A stretch of 40,557 bases of DNA. It comes from an uncultured Dehalococcoidales bacterium (GTDB lineage Bacteria > Chloroflexota > Dehalococcoidia > Dehalococcoidales > BS750m-G39). Location of the stretch: contig CAYQPY010000001.1 in the NCBI GenBank assembly GCA_964419705.1, positions 1-40,557 on the forward strand. Reading direction: 5' to 3'. Below the pieces are notes generated by a model. That model was not told the origin of the DNA. It saw only the letters and a program-made list of their open reading frames with translations, and did no database searches. Every line of letters starts with the position of its first letter. Positions within the stretch are counted from its first letter, which is position 1. The position numbers and the translations under genes were made by a program. Shown here in pieces: positions 36,747 through 40,557 of the stretch.

Positions 36747-37415
36747 TTAAGGCAGCTCTTCCAGCGTGAGCCAGCCCTTTCTCAGCCCGTAGAGCACGGC
36801 CTCGGTGCGGGAGCCAACCCCCAGCTTATTGAAGATAGTCCTCAGGTGCCCCTCGACGGTGCGGTTGCTCAAGTGCAGCTTATCGGCGATGTCCTTGTTG
36901 GTCATCCCCCGCGCCGCCAGCTTGATGATGTCCGTCTCCCTTTCGCTGAGGTGCTCGGAGGGCCTCTCCAGCCCCTTCACCTTGCCGCTCGGCAGGCGGA
37001 AATAGTTGACCACCTTGCGCGCCACCACCGGGTCGAGCACGGGCTCGCCCCTATAGACCGCCTGGATGGCGCGGGTCAGCTCGTCGCCGCTGACGCTCTT
37101 TAGCAGGTAGCCAGCCGCCCCCGCCTTGAGCAGGGCGAAGACGTACTCGTCGTCGTCGTAGGCGCTTAAGATAAGCACGGCCACGCGGGGGTTGTTCAGC
37201 TTTATCTGCCGCGTGGCTTCGATGCCGTTCAGCTTGGGCATGGCGATATCCATAATAATCACGTCGGGCTTGAGCTCGCCGGCTTTCTGTACCGCCTCCT
37301 CCCCATTGCCCGCCTCCCCCACCACCGTTACCCCCTTCTCCGCCTCCAAAAGCCTGCGGATACCCTCCCGCGTGATGACATGGTCCTCGGCGAGAAGAAC
37401 GCTAATAGTACTCAT
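36747..37415 (-). CDS. LuxR/NarL-family response regulator, paralogue of 3920-4609
   Basis: 222 aa. MSTISVLLAEDH, IIMDIAMP, LSERETDIIKL...NKDIA...SNRTVEGHLRTIFNKLGV. The C-terminus RKGWLTLEELP mirrors [11 protein letters not shown] of the other regulator. GGAGGT SD. Confidence 0.85.
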   Translation of the reverse strand: MSTISVLLAEDHVITREGIRRLLEAEKGVTVVGEAGNGEEAVQKAGELKPDVIIMDIAMPKLNGIEATRQIKLNNPRVAVLILSAYDDDEYVFALLKAGAAGYLLKSVSGDELTRAIQAVYRGEPVLDPVVARKVVNYFRLPSGKVKGLERPSEHLSERETDIIKLAARGMTNKDIADKLHLSNRTVEGHLRTIFNKLGVGSRTEAVLYGLRKGWLTLEELP

Positions 37416-37673
37416 AAGGTTAATACCTCCGCTTAATCATAACAGAGCCGGGCGCCCTCCTTCAAGCGTGAAATCATCCCCTAAATCCAGGGTTGGCAGG
37501 TATTATTGCCTGCGTATTGTTACCTAAGACAGGACACTTAGTCGGTATAAACCCTGCTGGAAAACACCCGCCCTAATGAGGCAAATACCGACGAAAAAAC
37601 GGGCGTGATAACGGATGGAAAGGGGCCTCCGTAGGAGTAGCATAAAGGTAGAGTTGATAAGGAGGTCGGCCTC

Positions 37674-38171
37674 ATGGAGGTTAAGCTCGATTTCAGCAAG
37701 GTCAAGGAAATCGTCGAAGACTATACGGAAAAGGTCAATTCCCTTATCGACAGCTACGTCGACAAGAAAGAGCAGATAATATCCCTGCTCCAGGATATCC
37801 AGGCCGAATTCAACTATTTACCCCAGGACGTTCTGGTCAAAATCAGCCAGAAGCTGGATATCCCCTTGAGCCAGGTCTTCAGCGTAGTCACCTTCTTCCG
37901 CGCCTTCAGCCTCAAGCCCAGGGGCCGCCACGTGGTGACCGTTTGCCTGGGCACCGCCTGCCACGTCAAGGGCGGCCAGAGGCTGGTGGATAAGGTGGAA
38001 CGGGACTACGGCATCAAGCCCGGCGAGACCACCGAGGACATGAGGTTCACCCTGGAGGCAGTCAACTGTCTGGGTTGCTGCGCTCTGGGTCCCGTGGTGG
38101 TGGTCGACGGCAAGTACGAGAGCAAGGTGACCCTGGATAAGCTCGACCGCGTCTTGAAGAAATACAAATAA
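37674..38171 (+). CDS. NuoE/HydC-type [2Fe-2S] thioredoxin-like subunit
   Basis: 165 aa. VCLGTACHVKG...CLGCCALGP four-Cys pattern of the NuoE family. AAGGAGG SD. Confidence 0.88.
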   Translation: MEVKLDFSKVKEIVEDYTEKVNSLIDSYVDKKEQIISLLQDIQAEFNYLPQDVLVKISQKLDIPLSQVFSVVTFFRAFSLKPRGRHVVTVCLGTACHVKGGQRLVDKVERDYGIKPGETTEDMRFTLEAVNCLGCCALGPVVVVDGKYESKVTLDKLDRVLKKYK

Positions 38172-38187
38172 AGGCGAGGGGGTTGGT

Positions 38188-40068
38188 ATGGTAGAGCAGG
38201 TCAGAAAACTACTGGATAAAAAAGTGGAAAGCGCCGAAGGGCTGGAAAGCCTGCGCCAGTCCATTCTGGCTAAGCGCGACCCCCAGCGCACCTGCATATC
38301 GGTCTGCGGCGGCACCGCCTGCCGCGCCGCGGGGTCGGAGGCGGTGGTCGAGGCCTTTATCGATGAAATCGAAAGGCGCGAGCTCCAGGTGAAGGTATCG
38401 TTTAAGGAGACCGGCTGTCCCGGCTTCTGCGAGCGCGGTCCCCTGGTCGTTATCGAACCCAAGAAGATTTTCTACCAGCAGGTCAAGCCCGAGGACGTCG
38501 AGGAGATTATCGACGAAACCATCGTGGCCGGCAGGGTCGTCGAGCACCTGCTCTATGTCGACCCCGCCACCAACGAAAAGGTCACTTATGAGAGCGACGT
38601 CCCCTTCTATAAGAAACAGACCCGGAATATTTTGGGCGCCAACCGCCATATCGAACCGACGAATATTGAAGACTATATCGCCGTCGGCGGCTACTCCGCC
38701 TTAAGCAAAGCCCTCTTCCAAATGACCCCGGAAAAGATTGTCGGAGAGGTCAAGAAGTCGGGCTTAAGGGGGCGGGGCGGCGGCGGCTTCCCCACGGGGA
38801 GAAAGTGGCAGTCCTGCCTGGAGGCTAAGGGCAAGGTCAAATACGTCATCTGTAACGCCGACGAGGGCGACCCCGGCGCTTTCCAGGATAGAGCCATACT
38901 GGAGGGTAACCCCCACAGCGTCCTGGAAGGCATGATAATCGGCGCCCACGCCACCGGCTCTAACCAGGGCTTTATCTACGTCCGCAACGAATACCCCCTG
39001 GCGGTGAGGCACGCCCGTATCGCTATAGAGCAGGCGATGGACTACGGGCTGCTGGGCAAGAATATTTTGGGCTCCGGCTTCGATTTCAGTGTAACCATCA
39101 TCAGGGGCGGCGGCGCCTTCGTCTGCGGCGAATCCAGCGCCCTCATGGCGTCACTGGAAGGCAAGGTGGGCGAACCCAAGGCAAAGTACGTCCACATGGC
39201 GGAAAAGGGCCTCTGGGAGCGCCCCAGCCTGCTTAACAACGTCAAGACCTGGGCTAACGTCCCCCTGATAATCAATAAAGGCGCCGACTGGTACGCCAGG
39301 CTCGGCACCGCGGGCAGCAAGGGCACGATGATATTCTCCCTGGTGGGCAATATCGTCAACACCGGGCTGGTCGAGGTGCCCATGGGGATAACGCTCAGAG
39401 ATATGATATTCGATATCGGCGGCGGTATCCCCGACGGCAAGAAGTTCAAGGCGGTGCAAACGGGCGGTCCCTCCGGCGGCTGTATTCCCGAAGAATATCT
39501 TGATACGCCCGTAGACTTCGACGAACTGACCAAGCTCGGCTCGATGATGGGCTCGGGCGGCATGATTGTCATGGACGAAGACACCTGCATGGTCGACGTC
39601 GCCCGCTACTTTATCGAGTTCCTCAAGGGCGAGTCCTGCGGCAAGTGTGCCCCCTGCCGCGAGGGCATAAACCGCATGAGCCAAATCCTGAGCAACATTA
39701 CCCAGGGCAAGGGCAAGCCCGAAGACCTGGATACGCTGCAAGACCTGGCTGATGTCTTGAGCGCCGGCGCCCTCTGCGCGCTGGGCCAGACGGCGGCCAA
39801 CCCCGTTTTGAGCACCATCCGCTACTTCAAGGACGAATACCTGGCTCACATCAATGATAAGAAATGCCCCGCGGGCGTCTGCCGCGAGCTGGTGCGCTTC
39901 TCCATTGACCCCGAAAAGTGCGAAGGCTGCCTCCGGTGCATCCGGGAATGCCCCACCGGGGCTATCAGCGGCGAGAAAAAGCAGCCCCACACCATCAACC
40001 AGGATATGTGTATCAGCTGCGGCGCCTGCTACGACGTCTGCAAGTTCCAGGCTGTAATCAAGCGGTAA
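38188..40068 (+). CDS. NuoF/HydB-type NAD(P)H- and FMN-binding subunit with extra N-terminal [2Fe-2S] and C-terminal 2x[4Fe-4S] domains
   Basis: 626 aa. N-terminal CGGTAC...CPGFCERGP, FMN/NADH block GRGGGGFPTGRKW, N3 cluster ESCGKCAPCREG, C-terminal CEGCLRCIRECP and CISCGACYDVC. Confidence 0.9.
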   Translation: MVEQVRKLLDKKVESAEGLESLRQSILAKRDPQRTCISVCGGTACRAAGSEAVVEAFIDEIERRELQVKVSFKETGCPGFCERGPLVVIEPKKIFYQQVKPEDVEEIIDETIVAGRVVEHLLYVDPATNEKVTYESDVPFYKKQTRNILGANRHIEPTNIEDYIAVGGYSALSKALFQMTPEKIVGEVKKSGLRGRGGGGFPTGRKWQSCLEAKGKVKYVICNADEGDPGAFQDRAILEGNPHSVLEGMIIGAHATGSNQGFIYVRNEYPLAVRHARIAIEQAMDYGLLGKNILGSGFDFSVTIIRGGGAFVCGESSALMASLEGKVGEPKAKYVHMAEKGLWERPSLLNNVKTWANVPLIINKGADWYARLGTAGSKGTMIFSLVGNIVNTGLVEVPMGITLRDMIFDIGGGIPDGKKFKAVQTGGPSGGCIPEEYLDTPVDFDELTKLGSMMGSGGMIVMDEDTCMVDVARYFIEFLKGESCGKCAPCREGINRMSQILSNITQGKGKPEDLDTLQDLADVLSAGALCALGQTAANPVLSTIRYFKDEYLAHINDKKCPAGVCRELVRFSIDPEKCEGCLRCIRECPTGAISGEKKQPHTINQDMCISCGACYDVCKFQAVIKR

Positions 40069-40080
40069 AAGGAGGTAGTT

Positions 40081-40557
40081 ATGGCTAAGGTATGGATTGA
40101 CGGTGAAACTTCGATAGAGGTGGACCACGCCGAAGGCATTGATATCGTCCACCTCACCGTAGACGATAAAGAAATCGCCGTATCGAACGGCAAAACGATT
40201 CTGGAGGCGGTGGAGCGCATGCACGGCATCGGCAATATACCCGCCCTCTGCCACCACCCCGCGGTCAAGCCCTACGGCGCCTGCCGCATCTGCACCGTGG
40301 AGGTCAGCGAGGACGGCGGCAACAGGTTCAAGTTCGTCGCCGCCTGCCTCTACCCGGTCAAAGAGGGCTTGATTGTCAAGACCCAGACCGAGAAGATAAA
40401 GAAATTGCGCAAGGGCATACTAGAGCTGCTGTTAGCCCGTTGCCCCAACGTCAAGAGGATACAGGAGCTGGCGGAAGAGTACGGCGTGGAGAAACCACGC
40501 TTCGTCCTCGGCGACCAGGACTGCATCCTCTGCGGCTTATGTGTTCGCGCCTGCCAG
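40081..40557 (+). CDS. NuoG-N-terminal-like [2Fe-2S]/[4Fe-4S] electron-transfer subunit, 5' part only (continues past the window end)
   Basis: Edge-open ORF, not in the track. ATG 40081 after AAAGGAGG. Translation: MAKVWIDGETSIEVDHAEGIDIVHLTVDDKEIAVSNGKTILEAVERMHGIGNIPALCHHPAVKPYGACRICTVEV...ILELLLARCPNVKRIQELAEEYGVEKPRFVLGDQDCILCGLCVRACQ. The 2Fe-2S Cys pattern is NuoG/HydA-like, but the usual HPxDCxxC block is replaced. Confidence 0.7.
   Translation, partial: MAKVWIDGETSIEVDHAEGIDIVHLTVDDKEIAVSNGKTILEAVERMHGIGNIPALCHHPAVKPYGACRICTVEVSEDGGNRFKFVAACLYPVKEGLIVKTQTEKIKKLRKGILELLLARCPNVKRIQELAEEYGVEKPRFVLGDQDCILCGLCVRACQ

Noticed and set aside
37494-37509. Sigma54-like element TGGCAG-GTATTA-TTGC upstream of the nuoE-like operon
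   Set aside because: The spacing between the GG and GC dinucleotides is one nucleotide longer than the strict -24/-12 consensus. The adjacent regulator is LuxR-type, not an AAA+ enhancer-binding protein.
37541-37592. 8-bp inverted repeat GTCGGTAT...ATACCGAC (36-nt loop) in the hym-like 5' region, considered as a riboswitch or operator
   Set aside because: A single 8-bp dyad in about 250 nt is close to chance expectation. I recognise no riboswitch consensus and it is not similar to the dyad at 4654-4687. It is recorded only as a pointer inside another finding.
37576-37608. 10-codon mini-ORF (MRQIPTKKRA) upstream of the nuoE-like gene, considered as a possible leader peptide
   Set aside because: It has no SD, no run of regulatory codons and no associated terminator/antiterminator pair.
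37674-40557. Idea that the NuoE/F/G-like genes are BamGHI of a class II benzoyl-CoA reductase, given oah at the other end of the window
   Set aside because: The loci are about 36 kb apart, separated by housekeeping operons. No BamB/C/D/E/F-like genes are adjacent. The subunit types are generic to many flavin-based complexes, so the idea is unsupported on the present data.

Overview
GC-rich, tightly packed chromosomal window from an anaerobe. The gene content looks Chloroflexota/Dehalococcoidia-like, but that placement is a tentative inference from protein types only. I found no transposase, integrase, tRNA, rRNA or CRISPR array. Gene content by position: (1) 1-1461, the ring-opening end of the anaerobic benzoyl-CoA pathway (had, plus oah/bamA truncated at the window edge). 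(2) 1637-5407, a metallophosphoesterase, a membrane PAS histidine kinase with a LuxR-type response regulator, and a divergent gene for an unknown protein with two 4-Cys modules. (3) 5826-19583, housekeeping operons: thiL-tsaE-tsaB-thioesterase-HAD-ndk, rsfS, an Nfo-like TIM-barrel protein, ftsH-moaE, and rsmI-Zn ribbon-metG-tatD-polyprenyl synthase, followed by guaB3. (4) 19580-21749, a four-gene minus-strand cluster of unknown function: two tandem DUF4870-like membrane proteins, a LolA-like lipoprotein, and a beta/alpha-repeat protein with an acidic tail. (5) 21821-34822, a 13-ORF nested trp/aro supraoperon (trpEGDCF-aroF-B-Q-A-K~E-C-trpBA) behind one promoter and one Trp-specific T-box leader. 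(6) 35261-37415, a second, soluble paralogue of the PAS kinase/LuxR pair. (7) 37674-40557, divergent from that pair, a NuoE/NuoF-type flavin module with an atypical NuoG-like third subunit cut by the window end. The main structure that genes do not explain is a family of mosaic hairpin repeat clusters. They fill four intergenic gaps (about 5476-5790, 9883-10140, 18084-18355 and 34866-35250), and their modules recur in shuffled order and orientation. The best candidates for undescribed biology are these repeats, the 4-Cys-module protein beside the kinase pair, and the 19580-21749 envelope-type cluster. All calls rest on reading the sequence and remembered family motifs; no searches were run.
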